Shown: in pieces, positions 20,438 to 32,493 of the stretch
Position numbering within the stretch: the stretch's first letter is position 1
How the letters are laid out: the number at the start of each line of letters is the position of its first letter
Assembly: GCA_944389225.1 (NCBI GenBank)
Contig: CALXLP010000001.1
Span: forward strand, 42,303 to 106,302
Reading direction: 5' to 3'
Origin: an uncultured Clostridia bacterium
GTDB taxonomy: Bacteria; Bacillota; Clostridia; TANB77; CAG-508
DNA length: 64,000 bases
Translations under genes and position numbers: made by a program
Notes under the pieces: model-generated
What the model was told of the DNA's origin: nothing
Database searches by the model: none
The model's input: the letters and a program-made list of their open reading frames with translations, nothing else

Positions 20438-21355
20438 TTACAACTGTACACCATTTGATTGCATAAATTCTTTTTCTACTTGTTGAAAATGATTTATTTT
20501 TTGTGCATATCTTGATTCAAATTCATTTTCAGAACATCCCATAGATTCATAATATCTTTTTTGCATATCTTTTTGTAAACAAAATCTAAATTCATTTATT
20601 AAATTTTGTCTATATCTTTCAACATTTCTTAGTGATTCTTCACCTATTCTAAAAGATGGATGTGATATTCTAATAAATTTTGGCATAGAAACATAATCCA
20701 TCTTATATTCTAACAAATCCCAAAATTTTTGTCTTCCTGTCAGTTTTGTAAATAGAGCTCTTAATTGGTTTCTTCCATAGTCATTTTCACTTTTCCAAGA
20801 TAATATTCTATCCTCTTTTACGCCTAAAACAACTGCTATTTTTCTTAAATTATTAATTTCTTCATCATATGTCCTTCTTGTAGAAGTATACGCATATGCT
20901 TGTGGAGTATTACCACATAAATCCCAATATACTTTGCTTGCATATAATTCTGCTTCTGCTTCTCCCATTGCTAAACCTTTTGTTCCTCTATTTATACGAA
21001 CAATATTATTAGATTTATCTTCATAAGACATTTGTGCAGTGTAATCATTTTCATTTTCCCAATTTGTATGCCAATTTCCAGAAGAATCTTTCCATGCTTT
21101 TCTTAAATGTCCACACTCATGAAAGAAAGTAACAATAGATTGTCCTTCCCTCATTCTAATTTCATTTTCACTAACATTTGTATTCGCTAATGCTCTACTT
21201 CCATTTGGTAATTGATGGGGATATATTTTCACTTTACAATTTTTAAATCTTTGCGTAACTTCTTCTCCATGTCTTTGTGCATAATTGATATAAATTTGCT
21301 TGGCTTCGCCAATTGTATAATTTCTTCCATGAATTGTTTCTATAAAATCGCTCAT
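20438..21355 (-). CDS. hypothetical protein with HExxH zinc-metallopeptidase-like motif
   Basis: FFHECGHL motif. I prefer the start at the second ATG (RBS GGAG spacing). Confidence 0.45.
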   Translation of the reverse strand: MSDFIETIHGRNYTIGEAKQIYINYAQRHGEEVTQRFKNCKVKIYPHQLPNGSRALANTNVSENEIRMREGQSIVTFFHECGHLRKAWKDSSGNWHTNWENENDYTAQMSYEDKSNNIVRINRGTKGLAMGEAEAELYASKVYWDLCGNTPQAYAYTSTRRTYDEEINNLRKIAVVLGVKEDRILSWKSENDYGRNQLRALFTKLTGRQKFWDLLEYKMDYVSMPKFIRISHPSFRIGEESLRNVERYRQNLINEFRFCLQKDMQKRYYESMGCSENEFESRYAQKINHFQQVEKEFMQSNGVQL

Positions 21356-21399
21356 TCTCATTTCTCCACTTCTTATTTCAACTCAATGTATACTCTCAA

Positions 21400-22698
21400 T
21401 TAATCTCCAAAAGCTGATCCGCCTATTATTAATCCTGTTGTTACATCAACATATACCATAACTCCATTTCCCATATTATTTTCTTTTATTACCACATATG
21501 CTTTACGTTTTATATTGGTATATACATCAGTTGCTTCATTATATTTGCGTATAAAATAATTATTAGGACTAACTTCTCTGATTTCAATATATTCCTTTTC
21601 TGTATCTCTTACACCTTCTGCTGCAATCCTTGTAGCAGATTCTTGAAATCCTATTTCTGCAATTTCTTTTGCTTTTTCTTCCGATATTTTCACTTCATTT
21701 GAATCAATATTATAGTTATCAAAATCCGTTAAATATATACTTTCATCAAGATTTTCTGCCATTTCATTATATCGTACAATACTTGCATCATTTTCTTCTT
21801 CTTCCTGTCTTTTTTGCTCTCTATATGCTTCTTCTGTTTTCCATGTTTTACCATCATCTGAAGATATAAATTTAGTTAAATTGCTATCATTTACATTTTT
21901 TCTTACATCCATAACCAGTGTCATACCTGAGCTATCGAAATATGTTGGCATGCTATAATAATCCATATCTGCATCATTAGTTAATTCTGTTAAATCTATT
22001 TTTTCAAGCGTTTCTTCTGTTGTATCATCCACTCTATATAAATCACACTTTTCTCCATCATCACTTGGAACAATTAAAAATCCATCTACTGTCATTCCAA
22101 ATTGATTTAAAAATTTTAATGTACAATTATCATTTAGTGTAAAATCTGTTTCTATTTCCGTCCAATAGTTTCCTTCTGTTGTTGATTTTAATATCTTCCC
22201 AGTTCCATCAGGTGCAATATAAAAAATGTATCCATAGTTTCCACTAATTCTTATATATTTAATTTTCGAATTACTAGGGATACCAATAGCTCCATTGGTT
22301 AATTCTTTAATTACCCATTCTCCAGAACTCACACTATCTGACATAACTAAATAAATTTTATCATCTAAATAATAATAAAAATATACATTTCCAAACTTTG
22401 TATTTGATTGATGATTTTCGTCTTCATAATCTGCTATTGTCATTTGAGAAAAATCACCTGGAACTTGAATAGGATTTTCATTATTATCTAAAATAAATAA
22501 TTTTCCATCTTGCAAATAAAAATTTGTATCTACTAAAGAATAATATTTTCTGTCTTTTAAGATTTCTTCTTGTTTTTCTTCATAAATGAATTTAGCTATC
22601 ACTAAACTTAAAATAACGATAACAATTATTAAAAGTACAATCATCCATTTATTACTTTTTCTTACAACTTTCATCTCTTCTTTATTTTCATCAGGCAT
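21400..22698 (-). CDS. membrane-anchored protein with BNR/Asp-box repeat and C-terminal PepSY-like domain
   Basis: N-terminal TM, Asp-box SSDDGKTW and a C-terminal PepSY-like MGNGVMVYVDVTTGLIIGG. Confidence 0.45.
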   Translation of the reverse strand: MPDENKEEMKVVRKSNKWMIVLLIIVIVILSLVIAKFIYEEKQEEILKDRKYYSLVDTNFYLQDGKLFILDNNENPIQVPGDFSQMTIADYEDENHQSNTKFGNVYFYYYLDDKIYLVMSDSVSSGEWVIKELTNGAIGIPSNSKIKYIRISGNYGYIFYIAPDGTGKILKSTTEGNYWTEIETDFTLNDNCTLKFLNQFGMTVDGFLIVPSDDGEKCDLYRVDDTTEETLEKIDLTELTNDADMDYYSMPTYFDSSGMTLVMDVRKNVNDSNLTKFISSDDGKTWKTEEAYREQKRQEEEENDASIVRYNEMAENLDESIYLTDFDNYNIDSNEVKISEEKAKEIAEIGFQESATRIAAEGVRDTEKEYIEIREVSPNNYFIRKYNEATDVYTNIKRKAYVVIKENNMGNGVMVYVDVTTGLIIGGSAFGD

Positions 22699-22720
22699 TT
22701 ATCTTCAACTCCAATCTTTT

Positions 22721-23296
22721 CTAAAATTGTTGTGTTTCATTTGCCCTTTCTTTATCTTTTTGAATCTTTTTTTGATATCTATCCTCTTCAGAAAAAATAC
22801 ATCCACAGTATTTTTGCATATATAATCCCAATTCTCTTGCCTTAGCTTGACCCTCTCTAAAACCTACTCGGAAATCTCTATACAAAAATTCTACTCCATA
22901 TTTCTTTGCCATTTGTTTAGCCACTTCTATTAATGCTTCATGATTTTGATATGGACTAACCAATAAAGTTGTAGAAAAATGCGTATAACCATTTTCCTTT
23001 GCATATTTAGCTGTTTGCTCTAATCTTACTGGATAGCAATATTGTCTACAGCGATTTTGTAGATCTCCAATGACATGTTTGCAAAATTCATCTAGTCCAT
23101 AGTTTTCTTCAAATATTGCTTCTACATTTATACTTTTTGTATATTCTTTTAAACAATCTCTTCTTGCCTTATACTCCATATATGGATGAATATTTGGATT
23201 AAACCAATACACAGTTGGTTCAATTTCTTCTTTTCTTAGTGAATCGATACAATATACACTACATGGTGCACAACAAGTATGTAATAATAGTTTCAT
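22721..23296 (-). CDS. queH: epoxyqueuosine reductase QueH (DUF208)
   Basis: LLHTCCAPCS start and conserved Cys pattern including YCGCIFS. Confidence 0.85.
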   Translation of the reverse strand: MKLLLHTCCAPCSVYCIDSLRKEEIEPTVYWFNPNIHPYMEYKARRDCLKEYTKSINVEAIFEENYGLDEFCKHVIGDLQNRCRQYCYPVRLEQTAKYAKENGYTHFSTTLLVSPYQNHEALIEVAKQMAKKYGVEFLYRDFRVGFREGQAKARELGLYMQKYCGCIFSEEDRYQKKIQKDKERANETQQF

Positions 23297-23320
23297 TTTT
23301 ACTCTTTAACTCCTTTTCAA

Positions 23321-23959
23321 TTATTTTTCATAACCATCTAAATCTGATTGAATTTCTGTATCTTCATCAGGATTTTTTCTCCAAAAAAAATTGTCTCCAT
23401 CTTTATATCCCAACTTATCCAAATCTTCCTTTATGTATCCCATAGCTTCTTCTGGTGTACTTGCAATTTGATATAACTCTGATATATCAAGTGTTTTCAG
23501 TAAACTTTCTACTTCATCCCATTGATGCGCAATATTTAATACAATAATCATTTTATTATGTTCTTTATTTTTTTTCGTATCAATCGCTTGAAATAATTCT
23601 GTTAATGTTCCTGTACTTCCCTTCATAAAAATCAAATATTCTGATTCTTTTATCAAGGTTCTTGTTACATCTGATTGTTTTTCACATTCAATCATTAGTG
23701 CTTTCAATTGTCTTATCCACTCATATGGTAATCTATGCGTTTGATTGCATGCACAAATTAAAACATTTTCAAAATTATCATCTTGTCCTAAGAATCGAGC
23801 AGCCGCCAAACCTGGTAATCCATAAGCTCCATCAAAAACTAATGTATATTTATTTTCACAAATTGCCTTTCCTAATTTTTGTGCAGCAATATTATATTCT
23901 TCACTTATTTTTTCGTTTGTAGAACCTGCAACAAATATATGAGGTCGTCTGGCTCCCAT
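23321..23959 (-). CDS. LOG/TIGR00730-family Rossmann-fold nucleotide-binding protein
   Basis: Contains KGSTGTLTE (a GGxGTxxE-like motif). I prefer the start at MGARRPHIF (RBS GAAAGGA); the track ORF is 11 aa longer. Confidence 0.6.
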   Translation of the reverse strand: MGARRPHIFVAGSTNEKISEEYNIAAQKLGKAICENKYTLVFDGAYGLPGLAAARFLGQDDNFENVLICACNQTHRLPYEWIRQLKALMIECEKQSDVTRTLIKESEYLIFMKGSTGTLTELFQAIDTKKNKEHNKMIIVLNIAHQWDEVESLLKTLDISELYQIASTPEEAMGYIKEDLDKLGYKDGDNFFWRKNPDEDTEIQSDLDGYEK

Positions 23960-24012
23960 TTTTCCCATCCTTTCATTTTTTAGTCCACACACAGATTTGA
24001 TTCCAACGGACC

Positions 24013-25023
24013 CTAATTATTTTCTTGATATGGATACCCTAAATGTTTATATGCTGGTGGCAAAACCACTCTTCCTCTTAATGTTCTTGCAATAAATCCA
24101 ATTTGAATTAAATATGGTTCATACACATCTTCAATCGTATCTACTTCTTCGCCAACTGTTGCAGCTAGTGCTTCGATTCCCACTGGTCTTCCTGCATATT
24201 GCACAATCATGGTATCTAATATTTTTCTGTCAATTTCATCTAACCCTAATTCATCAATCTCTAATTTATCTAATGCATGTTTTGTAATTTTTAAAGTAAT
24301 ATTTCCATCACCTAATACAGCCGCATAATCTCTAACTCTTTTTAATAAACGGTTTGCTATTCTAGGCGTTCCTCTTGATCTTCTAGCAATTTCTGTTGCG
24401 GCTTCTTCTTCTATTTCTACATTTAAAATTCCGGCAGAACGTTTTACAATTTTTGTTAAATCTTCTACAGAATATAGCTCTAATCTATGCACAATTCCAA
24501 ATCTGTCCCTTAATGGAGTTGTTAATGACCCAGCTTTTGTAGTTGCTCCAATTAATGTAAATTTCGGTAAATCTAATCTGATTGATCTTGCACTTGGTCC
24601 TTTTCCAATAATAATATCTAATGTATAATCTTCTAGTGCTGGATATAAAATTTCTTCTACACTTTTACTAAGTCGATGGATTTCATCTATAAACAAGACA
24701 TCAAACTCTGAAAGATTTGTAAGAAGCGCTGCTAAATCTCCTGGTTTTTCAATTGCTGGACCTGATGTAATTTTTATATTGGAATTCATCTCATTAGATA
24801 TAATATTTGATAACGTTGTTTTTCCAAGTCCTGGAGGTCCATATAGTAAAACATGATCTAATGGCTCTCCTCTTTTTTTAGCTGCTTCTATATATACTTT
24901 CATATTTTCTTTAATTTTATCTTGTCCGATATATTCATCTAATGTTTTAGGCCTTAATGAATTTTCTAGTCGTTCTTCCCCTCTATTTTCTAATTCTGGA
25001 CTGATAATTCTGTCTTCCTCCAT
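24013..25023 (-). CDS. ruvB: Holliday junction branch migration helicase RuvB
   Basis: Contains [12 protein letters not shown], Walker [10 protein letters not shown] and FIDEIHRL. Confidence 0.97.
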   Translation of the reverse strand: MEEDRIISPELENRGEERLENSLRPKTLDEYIGQDKIKENMKVYIEAAKKRGEPLDHVLLYGPPGLGKTTLSNIISNEMNSNIKITSGPAIEKPGDLAALLTNLSEFDVLFIDEIHRLSKSVEEILYPALEDYTLDIIIGKGPSARSIRLDLPKFTLIGATTKAGSLTTPLRDRFGIVHRLELYSVEDLTKIVKRSAGILNVEIEEEAATEIARRSRGTPRIANRLLKRVRDYAAVLGDGNITLKITKHALDKLEIDELGLDEIDRKILDTMIVQYAGRPVGIEALAATVGEEVDTIEDVYEPYLIQIGFIARTLRGRVVLPPAYKHLGYPYQENN

Positions 25024-25126
25024 CTATAGTCTCCTCCTTATTTTGCAAAAGTTTAATTAAAAACAATTTTTCCTAGTTCTGTCCCTTTCGTTCCATTCTG
25101 AAACGATTTGGCACGTCCCTAATGTT

Positions 25127-27127
25127 TCATTTCAACAAATTGTTAATACTAATTGAAATAGATATATCCAATTCTTTTCTCATTTTCTCATAATAGTCTT
25201 CTAATAATTCTTTTTCATCTTGTGTTAGTTCTTCTAAATTTATTTCTGCTCCATCTTTGATTCGATACCATTTTTCGTCGAAATAATATCGGCTTGTAAC
25301 AATTCTCTCATTATTTAAACAGATAAAGTCTTTTCTTGCAAATAGATTGGTTCCTAGACTAAATCCAGCATCTCCATCAATTAAATATGCAAATGTTGGT
25401 TTTATGTCTAATTTACTGACTGGTTTTTCTATTTTTATATGTTCTATTCCTGGTATTTTCATTCCACAAGCGACTCTGATATAATTTAATTTGATATCTG
25501 TATCTGTTAATTCTGAATCTGTTCCTTGCAAAAAGTCTAACATTTCTTCATTATACATATCCATTCCATTGTGGTCACCAAATAAAAGAATTACTGTGTC
25601 ATCATATAAATTAGCTTCTTTTAATTTGTCTATGAATATTCCAAAAGCATAATCTGCATAATTAACAGCTTCTAAATAGTTTCCAAAAAACGTATCTTTA
25701 TATTTTCCAACATCAATATTTACTTTACTTCTATCTTCTAATCCATCCAAACTAAATGATGTATGTGAAGATGCTGAAACAATATAGGAAACAAATGGCA
25801 TATCATAACCTTTTAATTTTTCTACTGCTTGTGTATATAGTAATTCATCTGATAAATATCCCATAATATTTTCTGATGTGTCTGCAAAAGAATCTTTTAA
25901 TTCGATATTTTCTACTCCAAAAGTTTTATATACATTTTCTCTATTCCAGAAAAATCCATAATTTCCATGCATATAAGATGTTGTATAACCTGCATTGTCA
26001 AACATAGTAAATATATCATCATATGCATTTGTATAATATCGACTATATGACATTCCATTTTCCATAGGATATAATGATGTTACTGTAGAAAATTCTGAAT
26101 CTGCTGTTGATGAATAACTTTGCATAAACATGTTAGAAATTTCTATATTTTCATTGATAAACTTATTTAAATTTGGTGTAATTTCTTTTCCATTAATTTC
26201 TTTATTAATAACAAAATTTTGAATAGATTCTAATTGCAAAATGATAACATTTTTTCCTTTTGCAATTCCTTGTAAATCATAATTTGTCTTTCCATACTTT
26301 TCATCATATTCTTCTTTTAATTCATCATAATCAGCTAAAAGTGCTTCTTTGGTTGTGTATTTTGCTTGTTTCTTTATATTAATTGTATTTTCTATATCTG
26401 ATATGTGATATCCATAAATTGTACTCTTCTTTACTTGCATATCTTTATTAAATGGATCTTCTTTTGTTTTTTCAATAAAGTCTACATCTATTTTAAAAAA
26501 CAATACAATAGCAATAATACCTACAATAGCTTTAGCTATTTTCTTTTTCCAATTTATTTTTGCTTTTTTCTGAATCTTCAAAAACCTTGTACATAACAAC
26601 ACTATAATTAATAAAATATCTAAGAAATACAAGATTTCTTTTGCCTGTATTAGCATTGGTAAAGTATCCATAATTTCTTCTCCATATTGGAGATTCATAA
26701 TTTGTGCCACAGATAATACTGAACTTGAATAGGTATGATATACATTATCTGCAAATAATATGATACTTAATACTATATCTACCACAATTGTTGTAATACT
26801 TCTTCCTCTATTCGGTAATGTACATATCATACAAAATACAGTTGCTAAAAATGCAATCGTACCTAATACTGTAGCTTTATCTATTGTTTCTCTAATAGAT
26901 ATTGTATTCAAATAGAAAAAGATGGTTTTTAAAAACAATAAAATTCCTATAAAAATGGGAAATCCTATTGAATTAAAAAATCGATTGGTTATTTCCTTTA
27001 ATTTTTCTATTGTTATTTTCTTTTCTTTTTTATCTATTTCTTTAGTTTTTTCTAATTTTTCTTTTTTCTCTGGATTTTCTTTCTCTATTTTCTCTTTCAA
27101 ATTATTTTCCTCTTTCTTTATATTCAC
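25127..27127 (-). CDS. LtaS-family sulfatase-domain polyglycerolphosphate transferase
   Basis: K/E-rich N-terminus, 5 TM helices, and an extracellular domain with LQLESIQNF and TPNLNKF blocks. Confidence 0.8.
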   Translation of the reverse strand: MNIKKEENNLKEKIEKENPEKKEKLEKTKEIDKKEKKITIEKLKEITNRFFNSIGFPIFIGILLFLKTIFFYLNTISIRETIDKATVLGTIAFLATVFCMICTLPNRGRSITTIVVDIVLSIILFADNVYHTYSSSVLSVAQIMNLQYGEEIMDTLPMLIQAKEILYFLDILLIIVLLCTRFLKIQKKAKINWKKKIAKAIVGIIAIVLFFKIDVDFIEKTKEDPFNKDMQVKKSTIYGYHISDIENTINIKKQAKYTTKEALLADYDELKEEYDEKYGKTNYDLQGIAKGKNVIILQLESIQNFVINKEINGKEITPNLNKFINENIEISNMFMQSYSSTADSEFSTVTSLYPMENGMSYSRYYTNAYDDIFTMFDNAGYTTSYMHGNYGFFWNRENVYKTFGVENIELKDSFADTSENIMGYLSDELLYTQAVEKLKGYDMPFVSYIVSASSHTSFSLDGLEDRSKVNIDVGKYKDTFFGNYLEAVNYADYAFGIFIDKLKEANLYDDTVILLFGDHNGMDMYNEEMLDFLQGTDSELTDTDIKLNYIRVACGMKIPGIEHIKIEKPVSKLDIKPTFAYLIDGDAGFSLGTNLFARKDFICLNNERIVTSRYYFDEKWYRIKDGAEINLEELTQDEKELLEDYYEKMRKELDISISISINNLLK

Positions 27128-27612
27128 TTTACATTATCTATAAAGTTCTCTATCAACTCTAACATTTTATGATTATTTTCTATATATGGTTTTGGCTCAA
27201 AATCTTGCACTTTTTTTACTGCCTCTTCTAATTCTTCTACTGATTGTAATCCAATAATGTTTCCACCTTTATTAAACTTTTCCACAATTTCTGTTTGATG
27301 ATTATTCACATGTTCTCCATATTGATGTAATCTTGGTACTGCAATTACTTTTTTTCCTTTTTCAAGTGAAGTAATAATAGAACCTACTCCTCCATGTGTT
27401 ATAATGAAATTTGCCTTTTGTTCAAATGTATCTAATTCTTCTCTTGGCATAAAATCCATTATCTTCATTTTTTCATTTTTTGGCTGATACTCTGTATATC
27501 CAGCCTGTACAACCACTTCTTCTGTAATTACATTTTTACTAATTAATCTATCAATTTCTTCTAATAATCTTTGAAATGGATTATTTTGTGTTCCTAACAT
27601 TACAAATATCAT
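27124..27612 (-). CDS. glycosyltransferase subunit, Alg13/PssE-like (Glyco_tran_28_C)
   Basis: The start at MIFVMLGTQ overlaps the upstream stop (TAATG). HGGVGS motif present. Confidence 0.75.
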   Translation of the reverse strand: MIFVMLGTQNNPFQRLLEEIDRLISKNVITEEVVVQAGYTEYQPKNEKMKIMDFMPREELDTFEQKANFIITHGGVGSIITSLEKGKKVIAVPRLHQYGEHVNNHQTEIVEKFNKGGNIIGLQSVEELEEAVKKVQDFEPKPYIENNHKMLELIENFIDNVK

Positions 27613-28085
27613 TAATAAATCGAACCTCCATAAACTGCTTTTGGATATATTTTTAGCATCTCTTCCCATTGTACAATAAATAAATCTGCAATTGGATATA
27701 ATAGTCTACCTGTTGCTGTTTTTTTATTGGTATTCGCAAAAGTTTCTATATATATAATTTTGCTACCAAATAGTTTTCCCAATATACACATTGGTCCTGC
27801 TGTATGTGTTCCTGTTGTTACAATGACTTTTGGTCTTAGTTTAAAATAATAATATACTGTTTTGATACATAAGTACAAATATTTAAAAATATATGTAAAT
27901 AGTTTTGCTCTTGTTCCATAAGGTAAAAAATCTAATTTATCCCCATATGTTTCTTTTAAATGTTCATTTACTTTATCTTTTTCTGTTATAATATGATAAT
28001 CATATTTTTCAAATAAAGGAGAAAGTTGTAATAATTCTGTTAAATGTCCTCCTGTACTTGATATAAACAATACTTTTTTCTTCAT
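27612..28085 (-). CDS. glycosyltransferase membrane-associated subunit, Alg14/PssD-like
   Basis: Contains VLFISSTGGHLTELLQL and VTTGTHTAGP. It is paired with the Alg13-like gene downstream. Confidence 0.75.
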   Translation of the reverse strand: MKKKVLFISSTGGHLTELLQLSPLFEKYDYHIITEKDKVNEHLKETYGDKLDFLPYGTRAKLFTYIFKYLYLCIKTVYYYFKLRPKVIVTTGTHTAGPMCILGKLFGSKIIYIETFANTNKKTATGRLLYPIADLFIVQWEEMLKIYPKAVYGGSIY

Positions 28086-28189
28086 TTTTTTACACCTTTT
28101 TATTCTTTATATTCTTGTATATTATATCTTTTTTTCAAGTATCTGTCTAGTAAAATAAGGAATAAAACAAATTCTTTACTTTATCCATT

Positions 28190-28276
28190 TATAAGAAACC
28201 TAGCTTTGTTGTATACAGAAAAATCCTAATAGGGTCAAGATAAAAGTTGATTTTTTCTATACAATAAAAAAGAGAG
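28190..28276 (-). repeat. copy B of a second dispersed repeat of about 88 nt (hairpin plus promoter-like core)
   Basis: The reverse complement aligns at roughly 85% identity (by eye) with 40969-41057. Arms are TTGTATAGAAAAAATC / GATTTTTCTGTATACAA. It contains TTGACC-17-TATACA directed at the Alg14-like gene. Confidence 0.75.
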
Positions 28277-28299
28277 ATGTGCGCCTAGCACATTCTCTC
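28265..28299 (-). terminator. rho-independent terminator of the dnaJ-tail gene
   Basis: Minus strand: GAGAGAATGTGC-TAGGC-GCACATCTCTC followed by TTTTTT. It overlaps the stop codon of the 143-aa ORF. Confidence 0.75.
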
Positions 28300-28716
28300 C
28301 TTGCGTTCAGATAATCCAAACGGTAATTTGAATCTATGTGGCATTCCAATGATATAGCATTCGTTATTTTTCATAGATTTCACGCCCTTTGGTATAATCT
28401 CTATCGCGGTTTCTCCCTTTCCAATCAAGTCATCTTTGATTTCTTGCTTGGATCTCCACGGTATTCTTTTCCCGTCTTTGGATTTTATCGAAAGCACCAC
28501 AACTTTTCCATATTCTGTCTGAATTTCTTTCACTCCAAACATAATATCATAGAAATATCCGGTTTCCTCATAATTTCTCTCTGTCGGATATTCTATTGAA
28601 AACGGAAACTGATAATCCGTTGGTAAAATCCATAAATGATACAGATTAGCCATATCCACCAAACTGCTTTCTCTTGGAAAGACTTCTACCATGTCCCGAT
28701 TTTTCTCTCCTATCAC
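28285..28716 (-). CDS. hypothetical protein (143 aa), visibly GC-richer than neighbours
   Basis: ORF starting 5 nt after the dnaJ stop. No motif recognised. Confidence 0.5.
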   Translation of the reverse strand: MIGEKNRDMVEVFPRESSLVDMANLYHLWILPTDYQFPFSIEYPTERNYEETGYFYDIMFGVKEIQTEYGKVVVLSIKSKDGKRIPWRSKQEIKDDLIGKGETAIEIIPKGVKSMKNNECYIIGMPHRFKLPFGLSERKERMC

Positions 28717-28721
28717 TTGTC

Positions 28722-29894
28722 TTATCCAAATATTCCTCTTTTTTTAATTGGTGGTTGTTCATTCATAGTTTTTGCTAATTGTACTAGCAATTCTCTTTGT
28801 TCTTTAGAAAGTCTCTTTGGTGTTTGAACATTAACTGTAAATACAAAATCACCAACTGAACTTGAAGTTACAGATTTAAATCCTTTTCCCCTTATAGCAA
28901 ATTTTGTTCCAGTTTGTGTTCCCTCTGGTATTTTATATTTTTCTTTACTACCGTCAACCATTGGTATTTCTAGTTCTGCACCTAAAGCTGCCTGTGTAAT
29001 GGTAATTGGCACTTCACAATATACATTATTTCCTTTTCTTGAATAGATACTGTGTTTCTTTAGTCTAACTGTTATATATAAATCACCTTTAGGTCCACCT
29101 TTTTCTCCTGGCTCTCCTTCACCTCTTAAGACAACTGTTTGACCATCATCAATACCTGCTGGTATTTTTACTTTTATTTTTGGTTGTTTTCTAACAGTTC
29201 CTTTTCCTCTACAATTTTCACAAGGTTCTTTAATAACTTCACCTGTTCCGTGACAATTTGTACAAGTTCTTGTAGTTTGCATTTGACCTAAAATCGTATT
29301 TTGTACTTGTCTAATTTGTCCTGTACCATTACAGGTTGGACATTTTGTAACAGATGTTCCAGGTTTTGCACCAGTTCCATGACATACTTGACATTCTTCA
29401 TTTCTGGTAATAGTAATTTCTTTTTCTACTCCTAGAAAGGCTTGTTCAAAAGTAATATCAATATGAAGGTTTAAGTCTGCACCTTTTCTTGGTCCATTCT
29501 GTTTTCTGCTACTACTTCTGCCACCACCAAAACCTCCTCCAAAAAATGAAGAGAAGATATCTCCTAAATCTCCAAAATCACCAAATCCATCAAATCCTGA
29601 AGTGGTATATGAATAATATCCATTTTGTCCGCCAAATGGTCCTCCTGCTCCACCATTAAAGCCTTGTGGTCCATCTGGTCCAAATTGGTCATACATTTTT
29701 CTTTTTTGTGGATCTGATAATGTTTCATATGCTTCGTTGACCTCTTTAAATTTTGCTTCCGCTTCTGCTTTATTATCTGGATTGGCATCTGGATGATATT
29801 TTTTTGCTAGTTTCCTATATGCTTTTTTTAATTCGTCCTCTGTCGCATTTTTATTGACACCTAACACTTCATAATAATCTCTTTTTCCTGCCAT
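28722..29894 (-). CDS. dnaJ: chaperone DnaJ
   Basis: J domain with HPD, a G/F-rich region and four CxxCxGxG zinc motifs. Confidence 0.97.
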   Translation of the reverse strand: MAGKRDYYEVLGVNKNATEDELKKAYRKLAKKYHPDANPDNKAEAEAKFKEVNEAYETLSDPQKRKMYDQFGPDGPQGFNGGAGGPFGGQNGYYSYTTSGFDGFGDFGDLGDIFSSFFGGGFGGGRSSSRKQNGPRKGADLNLHIDITFEQAFLGVEKEITITRNEECQVCHGTGAKPGTSVTKCPTCNGTGQIRQVQNTILGQMQTTRTCTNCHGTGEVIKEPCENCRGKGTVRKQPKIKVKIPAGIDDGQTVVLRGEGEPGEKGGPKGDLYITVRLKKHSIYSRKGNNVYCEVPITITQAALGAELEIPMVDGSKEKYKIPEGTQTGTKFAIRGKGFKSVTSSSVGDFVFTVNVQTPKRLSKEQRELLVQLAKTMNEQPPIKKRGIFG

Positions 29895-29954
29895 TCTTTT
29901 TCCTCCTTAGAGATTAATAAGGGATTAAGGAATATTCCCTCAATCCCTCTTTTC

Positions 29955-31832
<1,878 letters not shown>

Positions 31833-31866
31833 CTAAATTAAATTTATATTTTAAAATTAATACCTT

Positions 31867-32493
31867 TCATATTTTGTCATTCTTTTTTAAATCAAGAATG
31901 ATTTTTCGATTGTTTTCTAAAGTTTCTTTTGTTACTTTTTCCATCCATTCTTCTTTTGTCATATTGGATAATCTCCAATTCGATAATTCTTTATATTTCA
32001 TTTCTTCTCCTAGCCATTCTGGCTTTTGAAAGTTATTAACTATGTCTTCATTTGGAAATTCTACTTCTGCTGTTATAAGATTTTGTAAGTAATCTTTATA
32101 TATGTCCATTTCTACCTTTAAGTTATTTCCTATTGGTATTATCATCCTTGTCTTTTTTATTATACTACTGATTCTATTTTTTATAAGTTCATTAAAATCT
32201 TCTTCTTGAATATAGCTTTCTATTTCATATGCATTTGCAACAGTAGAATCCTTATGGTATGCTATATCCCCCATTGTTTTAACTGTATAAATATATTCTA
32301 TATTTTTAGAATTTTTATTTTGTATTTTTCGAATTCTAATTACTGTTTTTGCATCTTTATATATAAATGCTTGTTCTATATCCAATATATTTGCTATTTT
32401 CAAATTTTTAGGAAGATAATTTACAGCATATTTTCTTTCTATTTCTTGTTTCAAATATTTCACACTCTTTTCCATATATATCTTACATAACAT
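31867..32493 (-). CDS. CYTH-domain (triphosphate tunnel metalloenzyme / CyaB-like) protein
   Basis: EIERKY (ExExK) N-terminal motif and a later EVEF acidic strand. The start is uncertain (MLCK.. or MEKSVKY at 32475). Confidence 0.6.
   Translation of the reverse strand: MLCKIYMEKSVKYLKQEIERKYAVNYLPKNLKIANILDIEQAFIYKDAKTVIRIRKIQNKNSKNIEYIYTVKTMGDIAYHKDSTVANAYEIESYIQEEDFNELIKNRISSIIKKTRMIIPIGNNLKVEMDIYKDYLQNLITAEVEFPNEDIVNNFQKPEWLGEEMKYKELSNWRLSNMTKEEWMEKVTKETLENNRKIILDLKKNDKI

Noticed and set aside
27600-27625. Possible frameshift splitting one glycosyltransferase into 157-aa and 162-aa ORFs
   Set aside because: The two halves correspond to the naturally separate Alg14-like and Alg13-like subunits and have a TAATG stop/start overlap. 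No repair is needed.
29564-29788. 74-aa minus-strand ORF inside dnaJ
   Set aside because: It is an alternative frame of the dnaJ G/F-rich region with no independent signals.
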